Shown here one piece after another: positions 33,701 through 47,098 of a DNA stretch of 58,770 bases; position 1 is the stretch's first letter, and every line of letters starts with the position of its first letter. A program made the translations under genes and the position numbers. The notes beneath the pieces are model-generated. The model was not told the origin of the DNA. It was given only the letters and a program-made list of their open reading frames with translations, and made no database searches. The stretch spans positions 1 through 58,770 of the forward strand of contig NIVC01004128.1 of NCBI GenBank assembly GCA_002269645.1. Reading direction: 5' to 3'. The stretch is from Macrostomum lignano (lineage: Eukaryota).

Positions 33701-36700
33701 ATAGTTTATAGGTAGTTTGTAGCTTATAGTTTATAGGTAGTTTGTAGCTTATAGTTTATATGCAGTTTGTAGCTTATAGTTTATAGGTAGTTTGTAGCTT
33801 ATAGTTTATAGGCAGTTTGTAGCTTATAGTTTATAGGTAGTTTGTAGCTTATAGTTTATAGGTAGTTTGTAGCTTATAGTTTATAGGTAGTTTGTAGCTT
33901 ATAGTTTATAGGTAGTTTGTAGCTTATAGTTTATAGGCAGTTTGTAGCTTATAGTTTATAGGTAGTTTGTAGCTTATAGTTTATAGGTAGTTTGTAGCTT
34001 ATAGTTTATATGCAGTTTGTAGCTTAAAGTTTGTAGGTAGTTTGTAGCTTATAGTTTATAGGTAGTTTGTAGCTTATAGTTTATAGGCAGTTTGTAGCTT
34101 AAAGTTTGTAGGTAGTTTGTAGCTTATAGTTTATAGGTAGTTTGTAGCTTATAGTTTATAGGCAGTTTGTAGCTTATAGTTTATAGGCAGTTTGTAGCTT
34201 ATAGTTTATAGGTAGTTTGTAGCTTATAGTTTATATGCAGTTTGTAGCTTAAAGTTTGTAGGTAGTTTGTAGCTTATAGTTTATAGGTAGTTTGTAGCTT
34301 ATAGTTTATAGGTAGTTTGTAGCTTATAGTTTATAGGTAGTTTGTAGCTTATAGTTTATAGGCAGTTTGTAGCTTATAGTTTATAGGTAGTTTGTAGCTT
34401 ATAGTTTATAGGCAGTTTGTAGCTTATAGTTTTATAGGCAGTTTGTAGCTTATAGTTTATAGGCAGTTTGTAGCTTATAGTTTATAGGTAGTTTGTAGCT
34501 TATAGTTTATAGGTAGTTTGTAGCTTATAGTTTATAGGTAGTTTGTAGCTTATAGTTTATATGCAGTTTGTAGCTTAAAGTTTGTAGGTAGTTTGTAGCT
34601 TATAGTTTATAGGCAGTTTGTAGCTTATAGTTTATAGGTAGTTTGTAGCTTATAGTTTATATGCAGTTTGTAGCTTAAAGTTTGTAGGTAGTTTGTAGCT
34701 TATAGTTTATAGGTAGTTTGTAGCTTATAGTTTATAGGTAGTTTGTAGCTTATAGTTTATAGGTAGTTTGTAGCTTATAGTTTATAGGCAGTTTGTAGCT
34801 TATAGTTTATAGGTAGTTTGTAGCTTATAGTTTATAGGTAGTTTGTAGCTTATAGTTTATAGGTAGTTTGTAGCTTATAGTTTATATGCAGTTTGTAGCT
34901 TAAAGTTTGTAGGTAGTTTGTAGCTTATAGTTTATAGGTAGTTTGTAGCTTATAGTTTATAGGTAGTTTGTAGCTTATAGTTTATAGGTAGTTTGTAGCT
35001 TATAGTTTATAGGCAGTTTGTAGCTTATAGTTTATAGGTAGTTTGTAGCTTATAGTTTATAGGTAGTTTGTAGCTTATAGTTTATAGGCAGTTTGTAGCT
35101 TATAGTTTATAGGTAGTTTGTAGCTTATAGTTTATATGCAGTTTGTAGCTTAAAGTTTGTAGGTAGTTTGTAGCTTATAGTTTATAGGTAGTTTGTAGCT
35201 TATAGTTTATAGGTAGTTTGTAGCTTATAGTTTATAGGCAGTTTGTAGCTTATAGTTTATAGGTAGTTTGTAGCTTATAGTTTATAGGTAGTTTGTAGCT
35301 TATAGTTTATAGGCAGTTTGTAGCTTATAGTTTATAGGTAGTTTGTAGCTTATAGTTTATAGGTAGTTTGTAGCTTATAGTTTATAGGTAGTTTGTAGCT
35401 TATAGTTTATAGGTAGTTTGTAGCTTATAGTTTATAGGCAGTTTGTAGCTTATAGTTTATAGGTAGTTTGTAGCTTATAGTTTATAGGTAGTTTGTAGCT
35501 TATAGTTTATATGCAGTTTGTAGCTTAAAGTTTGTAGGTAGTTTGTAGCTTATAGTTTATAGGTAGTTTGTAGCTTATAGTTTATAGGCAGTTTGTAGCT
35601 TAAAGTTTGTAGGTAGTTTGTAGCTTATAGTTTATAGGTAGTTTGTAGCTTATAGTTTATAGGTAGTTTGTAGCTTATAGTTTATAGGTAGTTTGTAGCT
35701 TATAGTTTATAGGTAGTTTGTAGCTTATAGTTTATAGGTAGTTTGTAGCTTATAGTTTATATGCAGTTTGTAGCTTATAGTTTATAGGTAGTTTGTAGCT
35801 TATAGTTTATAGGTAGTTTGTAGCTTATAGTTTATAGGTAGTTTGTAGCTTATAGTTTATAGGCAGTTTGTAGCTTATAGTTTATAGGTAGTTTGTAGCT
35901 TATAGTTTATATGCAGTTTGTAGCTTAAAGTTTGTAGGTAGTTTGTAGCTTATAGTTTATAGGTAGTTTGTAGCTTATAGTTTATAGGTAGTTTGTAGCT
36001 TATAGTTTATAGGTAGTTTGTAGCTTATAGTTTATATGCAGTTTGTAGCTTAAAGTTTGTAGGTAGTTTGTAGCTTATAGTTTATAGGTAGTTTGTAGCT
36101 TATAGTTTATAGGTAGTTTGTAGCTTATAGTTTATAGGTAGTTTGTAGCTTATAGTTTATAGGCAGTTTGTAGCTTATAGTTTATAGGTAGTTTGTAGCT
36201 TATAGTTTATAGGTAGTTTGTAGCTTATAGTTTATAGGCAGTTTGTAGCTTATAGTTTATAGGTAGTTTGTAGCTTATAGTTTATAGGTAGTTTGTAGCT
36301 TATAGTTTATAGGCAGTTTGTAGCTTATAGTTTATAGGTAGTTTGTAGCTTATAGTTTATAGGCAGTTTGTAGCTTATAGTTTATAGGTAGTTTGTAGCT
36401 TATAGTTTATATGCAGTTTGTAGCTTAAAGTTTGTAGGTAGTTTGTAGCTTATAGTTTATAGGTAGTTTGTAGCTTATAGTTTATAGGTAGTTTGTAGCT
36501 TATAGTTTATAGGCAGTTTGTAGCTTATAGTTTATAGGTAGTTTGTAGCTTATAGTTTATAGGTAGTTTGTAGCTTATAGTTTATAGGCAGTTTGTAGCT
36601 TATAGTTTATAGGTAGTTTGTAGCTTATAGTTTATAGGTAGTTTGTAGCTTATAGTTTATATGCAGTTTGTAGCTTAAAGTTTGTAGGTAGTTTGTAGCT

Positions 36701-39700
36701 TATAGTTTATAGGTAGTTTGTAGCTTATAGTTTATAGGCAGTTTGTAGCTTAAAGTTTGTAGGTAGTTTGTAGCTTATAGTTTATAGGTAGTTTGTAGCT
36801 TATAGTTTATAGGTAGTTTGTAGCTTATAGTTTATAGGTAGTTTGTAGCTTATAGTTTATAGGTAGTTTGTAGCTTATAGTTTATATGCAGTTTGTAGCT
36901 TATAGTTTATAGGTAGTTTGTAGCTTATAGTTTATAGGTAGTTTGTAGCTTATAGTTTATAGGTAGTTTGTAGCTTATAGTTTATAGGCAGTTTGTAGCT
37001 TATAGTTTATAGGTAGTTTGTAGCTTATAGTTTATAGGTAGTTTGTAGCTTATAGTTTATAGGCAGTTTGTAGCTTATAGTTTATAGGTAGTTTGTAGCT
37101 TATAGTTTATAGGTAGTTTGTAGCTTATAGTTTATAGGTAGTTTGTAGCTTATAGTTTATAGGTAGTTTGTAGCTTATAGTTTATAGGTAGTTTGTAGCT
37201 TATAGTTTATAGGTAGTTTGTAGCTTATAGTTTATAGGTAGTTTGTAGCTTATAGTTTATAGGTAGTTTGTAGCTTATAGTTTATAGGTAGTTTGTAGCT
37301 TATAGTTTATAGGCAGTTTGTAGCTTATAGTTTATAGGTAGTTTGTAGCTTATAGTTTATAGGTAGTTTGTAGCTTATAGTTTATAGGTAGTTTGTAGCT
37401 TAAAGTTTGTAGGTAGTTTGTAGCTTATAGTTTATATGCAGTTTGTAGCTTATAGTTTATAGGTAGTTTGTAGCTTATAGTTTATAGGTAGTTTGTAGCT
37501 TATAGTTTATAGGCAGTTTGTAGCTTATAGTTTATAGGCAGTTTGTAGCTTATAGTTTATAGGTAGTTTGTAGCTTATAGTTTATAGGTAGTTTGTAGCT
37601 TATAGTTTATAGGTAGTTTGTAGCTTATAGTTTATAGGTAGTTTGTAGCTTATAGTTTATAGGCAGTTTGTAGCTTATAGTTTATAGGTAGTTTGTAGCT
37701 TATAGTTTATAGGCAGTTTGTAGCTTATAGTTTTATAGGCAGTTTGTAGCTTATAGTTTATAGGCAGTTTGTAGCTTATAGTTTATAGGTAGTTTGTAGC
37801 TTATAGTTTATAGGTAGTTTGTAGCTTATAGTTTGTAGGTAGTTTGTAGCTTATAGTTTATAGGTAGTTTGTAGCTTATAGTTTATAGGTAGTTTGTAGC
37901 TTATAGTTTATAGGTAGTTTGTAGCTTATAGTTTATAGGCAGTTTGTAGCTTATAGTTTATAGGTAGTTTGTAGCTTATAGTTTATAGGTAGTTTGTAGC
38001 TTATAGTTTATAGGTAGTTTGTAGCTTATAGTTTATAGGTAGTTTGTAGCTTATAGTTTATAGGCAGTTTGTAGCTTATAGTTTTATAGGCAGTTTGTAG
38101 CTTATAGTTTATAGGCAGTTTGTAGCTTATAGTTTATAGGTAGTTTGTAGCTTATAGTTTATAGGTAGTTTGTAGCTTATAGTTTATATGCAGTTTGTAG
38201 CTTAAAGTTTGTAGGTAGTTTGTAGCTTATAGTTTATAGGTAGTTTGTAGCTTATAGTTTATAGGTAGTTTGTAGCTTATAGTTTATATGCAGTTTGTAG
38301 CTTAAAGTTTGTAGGCAGTTTGTAGTTTCTAGTTAGTAGGTAGGTTGCAGTTGTAATTTGCGAGAATCGTACAATTTTATAATATGCGCACCATTAAGCT
38401 ACTGTTAGTAGAGAAATCAGTAAATAACAGTCAGAATGGTCTAGATAAGTAAATTAATAGACCCCCTCAGTAATTAAATTTCACTCACCCTCTTCTTCCA
38501 GTTGCTTTCTATACACAGCCAATTCTCCATCTTTTTCTAATAGTTCCATCCCGGCGCACGAGGCGCCCCAATTGTCCCAGTGCGATTGGCAGACGCGCAT
38601 AATTTCATCAGTGAGCGGATGGTTTGGATCTAAGCTGTGATTGGGCAGTCGGGCCTGTCTTAATCGGCTCATATTGCTGGCGTCCATGTCCATCTTGTCT
38701 AATTGGGCGTCGATTGCGTCGAAAAACTCTTCTTCATCAAGTTGACAGCAGGGGCCCTCTTCAAAATCTGGGCCCATGGGATCGCCAACACGTTTCTCTG
38801 CTAGTTCGAGCTTCTGTCTAAGCTGTCGAACTACATCTTCCACTTTGCGGCGGCGTTCCATTTCGCGATCAAGGCGTTTCTTCCATTGCTCTTCGCGTTG
38901 GGTCATCAGCTCCAGGCAGCTGGACATTTGATGAATTATGCCGGCTGTGGTTGCCTGAAATTGCAGCGCGTGACGGGGGTAGAGGAGAGGCTGAAGAGTA
39001 GGGAGGGAGAAGAGTGGGGTCACATGGGGTAGGGAGGGAGGGAAGTAGAAGGGCTGGGATACAGGGGGGGGGGTAGAGAGGGAGGGAGAAGGGCTGGGAC
39101 ACTGGGACACAAAGGGTAGGGAGGGAGGTAAAAGGGCTGGGACACAGGTGATAGGGAAGGAGGGAGAAGGGCTGGGACACAGGATATAGGGGGGGAGGTA
39201 AAAGGGCTGGGACTCAGGGGGTAGGGGAGGGAGGGAGAAGGGCTGGGACACAAAGGGTAGGGAGGGAGGTAAAAGGGCTGGGACACTGTGGGTATGGAGG
39301 GAGGGAGAAGGGCAGGGACACAGGAGGTAGGGAAGGAGCTTGGGCTCCAAAAACATTTTGAATTTCTCAGCATTCTCACTCGAAAAGTGTTAGCTTCGCC
39401 TTTGAAATCCACAGCGTGCCCGCCGTGCTGTCGCAACAGCCTCATGTAGCTGTCGTAATCCACCAAGGATTTAGCTGGAGGTGGCGCCGTGGCGGCGGCG
39501 GCAGTGGCAGCGGGTGAGGCACTGGGAGCGGCACTTCGACGACTGAAAAACGAGAATAGCGAAGTACCACCGCCGCTGCCAGCTGACTGCGATGCTGTCA
39601 TAGTGGCAGCGGTGATCGTAGTGGCAGCAGGATCTTCGTATTCGTCCTCCTCATCGTCGCCATCGTCAGCATTGTTGCTAACTTCGTCCTCGGCAGTCTT

Positions 39701-40408
39701 AAGCCCCGACGAGTCGCCACGAGCGGCGCCATTAACTACCACATCGTCTTCGATGTCGATAGAACCGGCTTTTACCGCGGCAGCCGGAGATGAGGCGGCT
39801 AATTGGCTGCATAAATCAAAGTAGCCTTGCAAAGTATCCACCTGTCTAATTAGCATCTCTCTAAACGTGTCAATTTCGGCAAGTTTCTCTTTAACACCGT
39901 GGCCTCGACGGAAACTACCTTGGCTAGCTATGCTCTGCGTGCCAGATGTTAGGCTTAACAAGCTATTGTGCCGTTTTAAACTGGACTCGGAGCCGATGCC
40001 GGACTCCTGACAGGTGCGATGACTTTCTAAAGCGCGTATCCAAGTGGTGCGCAAGTCGCGACTGTCGCAGCGCAGATACCAAATATGCTCGCCAACGCAA
40101 ACGTCGAATCTATTCTCGTCTAAAGTGTGCGGAGTGACCAACGCTCTGCTAAGAGAAATAGCGCCCCGACAGCCGAAAGCGGACTCTTCCGGACTTTTAA
40201 AATAACTCAAAGTGCCGTCTTTTAGTACAAAGAATCGACTCTGCCATCCGGTGATGTAGTTTGTCCACTTGCTCAGCGTGCCCTGCACAACTGGCAAACG
40301 TTCTCCGTCGCTAGACAGATCCGAGTCTAAATCTTCATTATCTAATAATTCATTGGGATCGTGGTCTCCGCCGCCAGTCTGGTGCGAGTGTAAAGCCGCT
40401 GTCGCCAT
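30736..40408 (-). CDS. CERT1: Ceramide transfer protein (CERT/COL4A3BP); exons 40408-39380, 38954-38489, 31271-30736; 676 aa
   Basis: PH domain (GTLSKWTNYITGWQSRFFVL), serine-rich motif, FKGEANTFR|ATTAGII, FFAT motif EEEFFDAID, START domain (EEEG|MIIDP...VWPTAQRD...NINPGGWAP..LRQVAKREYPKFLRRF). Both introns are GT-AG and phases are consistent. Confidence 0.93.
31937..33187 (+). mobile_element. Full-length mariner element, TA TSD
   Basis: TIR TTGGGTTGTTAGGAAAGTTCTGTCCGTTTT / AAAACGGACAGAACTTTCCTAACAGCCCAA (one mismatch); TA at 31935-36 and 33188-89. Confidence 0.95.
32082..33113 (+). CDS. Mariner (DD34D) transposase, 343 aa from ATG 32082, intact
   Basis: HTH N-terminus, WTPHDL (WVPHEL-like), TGDEKW, HDNARPH, YSPDLAPTDY. 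Confidence 0.95.
   Translation: MARNFELNSIALRQCMLYDFLAGITAAESTRRLCSAFGQDAVSDRTARCWFDRFRSGDYSLADEPRPGRPSEIDTELLRTLVEANPHQTTRELAATLGCSHVQVAEHLAAMGKKSKLGQWTPHDLTDRDRQSRADICTSLLSYKRTTDWLASILTGDEKWVMYVNIHRKRQWVDAGKPPQPEPKAPLHPKKVMLCCWWDSEGVVYFELLPPNTSITAELYCNQLQNVADCLRTQRPGRQHVRFLHDNARPHTANLTRQKLLDLGWEVLPHPPYSPDLAPTDYHLFRALHHHLKEKTFEDDKGVKDCITNFFESQPKDFYRAGIQSLPSRWQRVIDCDGNYFTE
38970..39340. repeat. Purine-rich minisatellite (GGGAGGGAGAAGGGCTGGGACAC-like) in CERT1 intron 1
   Basis: Direct; it explains the Pro-rich tails of two ORF-track entries. Confidence 0.85.
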
Positions 40409-42150
40409 GGGAACGATTCAGAAAAGAAAATCGAAAAACACACTTCAATTAAACGGAGTTGCAGATCTGGCCGATCTTTTCGTGCAGCATTTGCCAGACG
40501 CGTCGGGTTTTTTTCTTCTTCTTTTCTTTCTCTGCCTACCTCTTCAGGTGGTCAGTAAAGTAAACACTGGAAGAAAATGGAATATCTTAGCAATTACTGC
40601 CAACCGTTGTTTGTCAATAGCTAAGGCTTATTTCTTTAAATGCAAGCAAGCCGTATCAGGTAGACTATGTGTAGTTAAGTCTCTGCATGAAATATATATA
40701 TATATATACAGCGATTACAGTAAAACCGTACAGAGCTAACAACTTGCAGAGACGGTTGGAGAGAGGAGAGAGAAATGGGGGGTAGACAGGGGGCGGGGCC
40801 GTGCTGTGCCGTGAGGTCAGCCAGAGCCAAGGAGGCCTAAGATTCAAGTGAGGTTGAAGACGGCGCATTTATTGAAAATTATTATAAGTAGAGCTGAGTT
40901 TTGCTATTTTGGTTGATTGCTTGTTATTCCCTTCAAACAGGGATTGGCAAAAAAATTTCCCAGATCCAGAATCCAGCTCATGGCTGCAGGTCAGATGAGA
41001 GTGGAAAGGAGAAAAAATGGAAGATGAGAGATGAGAGAAGAGAGGAAAGGCGAGAAGAGGAATGACGGCGAGGAGAGGGAAAGGAGAGGGAGAGGGGAGA
41101 AGAGAGCTGAAAAGAGATTCCGTGAGCGGGCCAGATTGCTATTTTGTGAAGTTTCCAAGGACCCGAGGGCCGGATAGAGGGGCTTCTCGGGCCGCATATG
41201 GCTTGTGGGTCGGAGTTTGCCGTTCCCTGACTTCAAATATTGTTCGCTTGTAGCCTCAACATTCCTTAATACTCGTACATAGCATACGAGTAGGAAGGTG
41301 GGCCAAGAGTTGGAATTCCAATTCCAGATTCTATGGTTCTAGATCTCCATGACACAGTGCCAATGCTTACAATGCAGCAACTCACTGAAGCTCGCACGTA
41401 CGTATAATACGGCTTCTAAAATTGTAACCCGGTTAGTACTGGTTGGCCCAATACACACACAGACAGAGCGAGCTACTAACACTAAAGCACAGTCACTATT
41501 TCTAAATCTGTCAATTCATTTCTTTACCTTTCTCTCTCTCTCCGTATGTATGTATGCGCGCGTCTGAATCTAACCGCTGACTCATTGTAAGGTTTGCCAG
41601 ATAAATAGATTGCCACGTGATCTTGAACTTTTATATGTTTGTTAATATTTGACTTCGATAAGAGAAATAAAAAAAGAAAAATAATTATCTATTAGCTTAT
41701 TTAAAAGGACTTTTCATTTAAGGATAGATTAAATACTCCTAGTGGAGAGTCTAGCGGCAAATGCGTGAGCAATATGATCTTCTCTACTGAACTTTGACAA
41801 GTGTCCAGCACTGTCCAACACTTTCACCGTCAGACCTTTATACCTCCATAGCTATGCATGAATATTAATCGCACCCAGTTCAGACTTAAGGCTTTTAACG
41901 CCCTCACCTACTGGAAATATCTAATCTAATTGAACTTTGACCCATTCTGACTTCGCTCGGCTTCGACTTCGATATTTTTCTACCATTTCCAAACTTTGCT
42001 TTGGCACTCTCTACGAGCTACGTGGCTTTGGAACATTCTAAGCTATCTATTTTTGCCTCGTTTTTTTACCAACTACTTTCCTCGGCATTCCGTCTTCTCT
42101 CTCCCTCCCTCTCTCAGTCTCACTTTCCCTCCATTGTCAACATTCAACCT

Positions 42151-42959
42151 TCCTCACCTTACCTCCTCTCACCTTTCCTCCTCTCACCTTCCATCCTCTC
42201 ACCTTCCATCCTCTCACCTTTCCTCCTCTCACCTTCCATCCTCTCACCTTTCCTCCTCTCACCTTTCCTTCTCTCACCTTCCATCCTCTCACCTTTCCTT
42301 CTCTCACCTTCCATCCTCTCACCTTTCCTCATCTCACCTTTCCTCCTCTCACCTTCCATCCTCTCACCTTTCCTTCTCTCACCTTCCATCCTCTCACCTT
42401 TCCTTCTCTCACCTTCCATCCTCTCACCTTTCCTCATCTCACCTTTCCTCCTCTCACCTTCCATCCTCTCACCTTCCATCCTCTCACCTTTCCTCCTCTC
42501 ACCTTCCATCCTCTCACCTTTCCTCCTCTCACCTTTCCTTCTCTCACCTTCCATCCTCTCACCTTTCCTTCTCTCACCTTCCATCCTCTCACCTTTCCTC
42601 ATCTCACCTTTCCTCCTCTCACCTTCCATCCTCTCACCTTTCCTTCTCTCACCTTCCATCCTCTCACCTTTCCTTCTCTCACCTTCCATCCTCTCACCTT
42701 TCCTTCTCTCACCTTCCATCCTCTCACCTTTCCTCATCTCACCTTTCCTCCTCTCACCTTCCATCCTCTCACCTTCCATCCTCTCACCTTTCCTCCTCTA
42801 ACCTTCCATCCTCTCACCTTTCCTCCTCTCACCTTTCCTTCTCTCACCTTCCATCCTCTCACCTTTCCTTCTCTCACCTTCCATCCTCTCACCTTTCCTC
42901 ATCTCACCTTTCCTCCTCTCACCTTCCATCCTCTCACCTTTCCTTCTCTCACCTTCCTT
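42151..42959. repeat. 15-bp pyrimidine-rich minisatellite (TCCTCTCACCTTCCA-like)
   Basis: Direct; produces spurious SSHLS/SPFLL ORFs. Confidence 0.95.
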
Positions 42960-43704
42960 CCCTATCTATTACCTCCCTCGAAAGAACGATTCAATCTCAA
43001 TTCGCTCAAACTGTCACCCACGAGCATATCCTTATCTCAGCCCTATACAATGACCTAGAAATTTAGCTATGCTCATTTAAAAAAAATAATTAACAAGAAA
43101 ATACACTGATTAATATAAGCAGGTATTTGTTGATATATTTTAACGCATTCATTTATACATATGTAATACTTTCACTCACCCAACATACAAGTAAAATCGC
43201 AAAAAAATAAATAAAACTCAACGCACTGTGTACAATCTCAATCTTTGTTTAAAAGATTCATTCACTTGTACAAGCAATGAAAAGTTTGCATTTAAAAGTA
43301 CAGGTTGCAAGCAATCAATAAAGGACGCGAATTAAAATTGGAACAAATCGACCAGGATAATATTGATTTTAATAAATGACGTAAAATGATTTTCATATAC
43401 TGAAGGATAAAATTCCTCTTGCAAGTTCAACTTTCTAAAGAAATGTAACAATAAAACTTCATCTAAACTTAATTGCTCAAGGACTACTTATGTAGGTCGG
43501 GAAATCTCGTTTCTTGGAACATTTTAAGAGGATTTCATTTTTAAGCACAAATATTGTTTTTGCTTTAGATAGGAGGCAGATCCAGTGTTTATTTTTTGAT
43601 ACATTTTGCCTTTCCTTTAGCTCTATTGATATTCCTAAGGCTTTTCGTTCAGAAAATTAGGACTCTATGTTAATTTCCCGTCCTTGTATTTGAGTAGTCC
43701 TTGG

Positions 43705-45335
43705 TTAATCGCTATGATCGTCTTGCACGGTAGCTACCATCCTAGCACTGTTGACCTTAACAATGCCGCGTCGCTCCAGTAGCCAACCAATCAGACAGGC
43801 AGCCAGGGCGCTGCCAGCCCATCCGATGCCAAATATTGGATAAGGAAACGGCTGACTACTTCGCAGACACTTGTAACCAGTCCAGCCCGATTGGCATGGA
43901 CAGGCAAACAGACCCGGGCCAGTTAAAGTACACTGAGAACTAGTATTAACTGGACAGGCGTCGTCTGATAGGCAAGGATTTGGCGGCGATAGACACCTGA
44001 TGAACTCTTCAGTATCATTGTTCATTGCATCAAAATCATTGTCAAAGGCTATGCTAGTAGTTTGCTCACTCCAGCCAGTCGGACAGCCAATTAATTTTGG
44101 CATTAATAATTGTTGCAAATTAATTTGGCCAATGAATGCTTCCGGAGATGGCAGCTTCAATTTCGGATTATTAGGAGCCAATGCTAGGAGAACAATATTA
44201 ACTGTTAGATTGGAATTCTGGCCAGATATGGTAGCGGATGTGAAGTTTTGCAGATTGCAGGATGACAAATCGAGTCTGTGGTGATCATCAGAAAGCTTTT
44301 ATGTATTTATAATTATCAGACAACTTTCAAGAAATAAAATTCTTTCACAATTCACTCATATTTCTCTTCTATGACCAATAATTACCCAGTCCCTTATATA
44401 ACCAATAATTACCCGATCACTTCTATGACCAATAATTACCCAGTCCCTTATATAACCAATAATTACCCGATCACTTCTATGACCAATAATTACCCAGTCC
44501 CTTCTATGACCAACAAGCTGTTGAAACCCGCGGATTTTGAACCCGGGGAATTCCAATCCCCGGAACTATTTTTGCATGTATTCTGAAATCTGAGGCCATA
44601 CACAAACAAATTAATAGTTAGTAGGATAGAGGTAGACATAAAATGGAGCACATTCGTGTAAAATTAGGGTTTGAGGCAAATGTTGATATTGTTGGCTGCG
44701 GTACTCCGCAGAATGCCAGGCAATGTCTGTCTGACTCTAAAACATGTATTGGCAAACTCTGGCCTCTCCCTGACTCTCCCTATGTCCCTTGGATCCTTTA
44801 AAATTTCTATCGTCTCTTCTGTTTCCTTTCTTCTCTCTCGTCCCTTGTCTCTCCTCTCTCCTCTCTTCTCTCCTCTCTTCTCTCGTATCTTCCTTCATCT
44901 CTCTTCTCTTTCATCTCTCTTATCTCATCTCTTCCCTATTCTTTTCTCTCTCCTCTCCTCTCTCCTTTCTACTTTTCGTTTTCTCTCTGCTCTCCTCTCT
45001 CCTCTCTACTTTTTCGTTTTCTCTCTCCTCTCCTCTCTCCCCCTCTTCTCTCGTCTCTTCCTTCTCCTCTATTCTTTTCTCTCATCTCTTAACTCTCTCC
45101 TCTACTCTCTCATCTCTCCTCTCTACTCTTTCCTCCCTCTCTCCTCTCTCCCCTTTTCTCTCGTCTCTTTCCTCACCTCTTTTCTCTCTTTTTCCTCTCA
45201 TATTCTTTTTGTTTTATCTCTTCTCTCTCCCCTCGTCACTCGTCTCTTCCCCCACCTCTCTTCTCTCTCGTCTGCTCTTTCATCTCTCCTTTCTCTTCTT
45301 TTATCTTTTCTCTCTTATCTCTTCTCTTTTCTCTC

Positions 45336-45429
<94 letters not shown>

Positions 45430-46381
45430 CTCTCCTCTCCAATCTCTCTTCTCCTCTCTACTCTCTCCCCTCTTCATTCTCCTATTTCCTCTTCTCTTTC
45501 CCTGTCTCTCCTCTCTCCTCTAGTCTCTGTAATCTCTTCTCTCTTATCTCTCCTCTGTTCTCTCTACTCTCCCATCTCTCGTCTGTTCATCTGCTCTCTC
45601 ATCTGTCATCTTTACTCTCTTATACGTTCTCTCACTTATCTCCTCTGTACTCTTCTCTTTCACCTCTTCTGACTCCTCTCTTTCTTTACTCCTCTCTTCT
45701 TTTCTCTTCCCTCTTCTATACTCTCTCTCGCCTCTATTATCTTCTCTCGTCTCTCTGCACTCTCCTCTCACCTTTTTCATCTCTCATCTTTACTCTCTCA
45801 TCTCTCCTTATCATCTGTCTCATCTCTACAATCTCATCTCTTTCCTCTCTCCTCCTCTTCCCTTTACTCTCTCATCTCTCCTTTCTCCCCTCTTCTTTCA
45901 CCACTCTCTTATCTCTATCTCTTCTGAAGTCAATCGCTTCACGTGGAGCAAACTTATGGCAGCCGAAAGTTAGTCAATTTTTAAACCACTTTTACACATC
46001 TGGGCCCAGATCGGGAAAGAGAGGCAGGCGGGCGGAGGTTGGGGTGGTTGCTACGCTGAAAAAAACAGCCTAATTTTAAAAGTGCACAGCACCGCTCAGG
46101 ATTAACTTTGAGACTCGAAATTTTACATAATTGTGCCAAAATAGTTGAAGATTGTCTGTGTCAAATTTGAAGAGAATCGGTAAAAGTGGAGCGGCGCTAT
46201 GGAGGATTTAGTGAAAAAATCGCGTATTTTGAGCAGTTTTTTGTACTTTTAGGTAGGAAGACTTGAGTCTAGGAAATTTAAAGGTAGCCTAAGACATTCT
46301 CCGTAGTAAGTTTAGGGTGGGTGTAAAGTTTGGTGTCATTTGGTTGAGCGGTTTGGGAGTCCATAGCGATCAAAATTGTCC

Positions 46382-46418
<37 letters not shown>

Positions 46419-47098
46419 GTTTTGATTTTTATAGGTAGAGATAATTACCCAGTCCCTTCATGACCAATAATTACCCGATCACTTATATGGCTAATAATTA
46501 CCCAATTTCCCAATCACTTCTATGACCAATAATTGCCTAATTACTTCTATGACCAATAATTTCCCAATCAATTCTATGACCCATAGTTAGTATTATCACT
46601 TTTATGATCAATATTTACCAGAATCATTTCCATAACCTATAATTACCCAATCACCTTTATAACTAACAAATAATTACCCTAATCACTTTTATGACCAATA
46701 ATTATCCCATTCACTTCTATTACTAATACCTACCCTAATCACTTCTCTAATGAATTCACTCTCAAACAGTCAAATAATTTAACATAAAAAATTCCATGAA
46801 CAATATTATGACCAATTTGGAAAAATAAACAAATAAACTACTGAGCTAAAAAATAGAAAACTACTTACCCTACAAGAGAGTCAGCATTTAAACAGCACCT
46901 CTCATCCATAGTTCCATTGTGAGAAGAGCAGAAATTGACAAAATAAGGCAATGTAGAGCTCAAATTGGCACAATGACCATTGTGAATAACAAGAGAGAAT
47001 TTAGAGCATATTGAACTTGCCCTTGTACACAATATGCAGCTAAAAATCAGCATAGTCCAGCTCCAAAAATGATTAGGCCTACTAGTTTTTGCCAACAT
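43705..47098 (-). CDS. ATRAID: ATRAID/APR3-like type I membrane protein; exons 47098-46869 and 44275-43705; about 266 aa
   Basis: Signal-peptide-like N-terminus; ERCCLNADSLVG|LDLSSCNL across a phase-2 GT-AG intron; LRR-like segment; EGF-like C..C..GPG...C.C..GWTGYKCLR; PF..F followed by a TM helix and basic tail. Domain order matches ATRAID. Confidence 0.72.
44810..45910. repeat. CT-rich low-complexity tract with (CT)n runs, intronic
   Basis: Direct. Confidence 0.9.
45911..46442 (+). mobile_element. Probable HINE/DINE-like (Helentron-associated) non-autonomous element
   Basis: Subterminal inverted repeat ATCTCTATCT / AGGTAGAGAT, and a (CAGA)n microsatellite just before the 3' TTTTTATAGGTAGAGAT end. 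Confidence 0.45.
46440..46740. repeat. Degenerate ~26-bp repeat (TCTATGACCAATAATTACCC...), also at 44370-44510
   Basis: Direct; the same unit occurs at both loci in the ATRAID-like intron. Confidence 0.75.

Larger units (their letters stand above)
31858..38335. repeat. 25-bp satellite (GTAGTTTGTAGCTTATAGTTTATAG), about 5.2 kb, interrupted by a mariner, in CERT1 intron 2
   Basis: Array at 33188-38335 plus about 3 units at 31858-31936. Confidence 0.97.

Noticed and set aside
38955-39379. Pro-rich extensions of ORFs 39020-40408 and 38481-39356
   Set aside because: Intronic minisatellite between clear GT/AG sites; CERT homology is continuous once it is removed.
41996-45780. Long Ser/Leu- or Glu/Arg-rich ORFs
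   Set aside because: Translations of the 15-bp minisatellite and CT-rich tracts.
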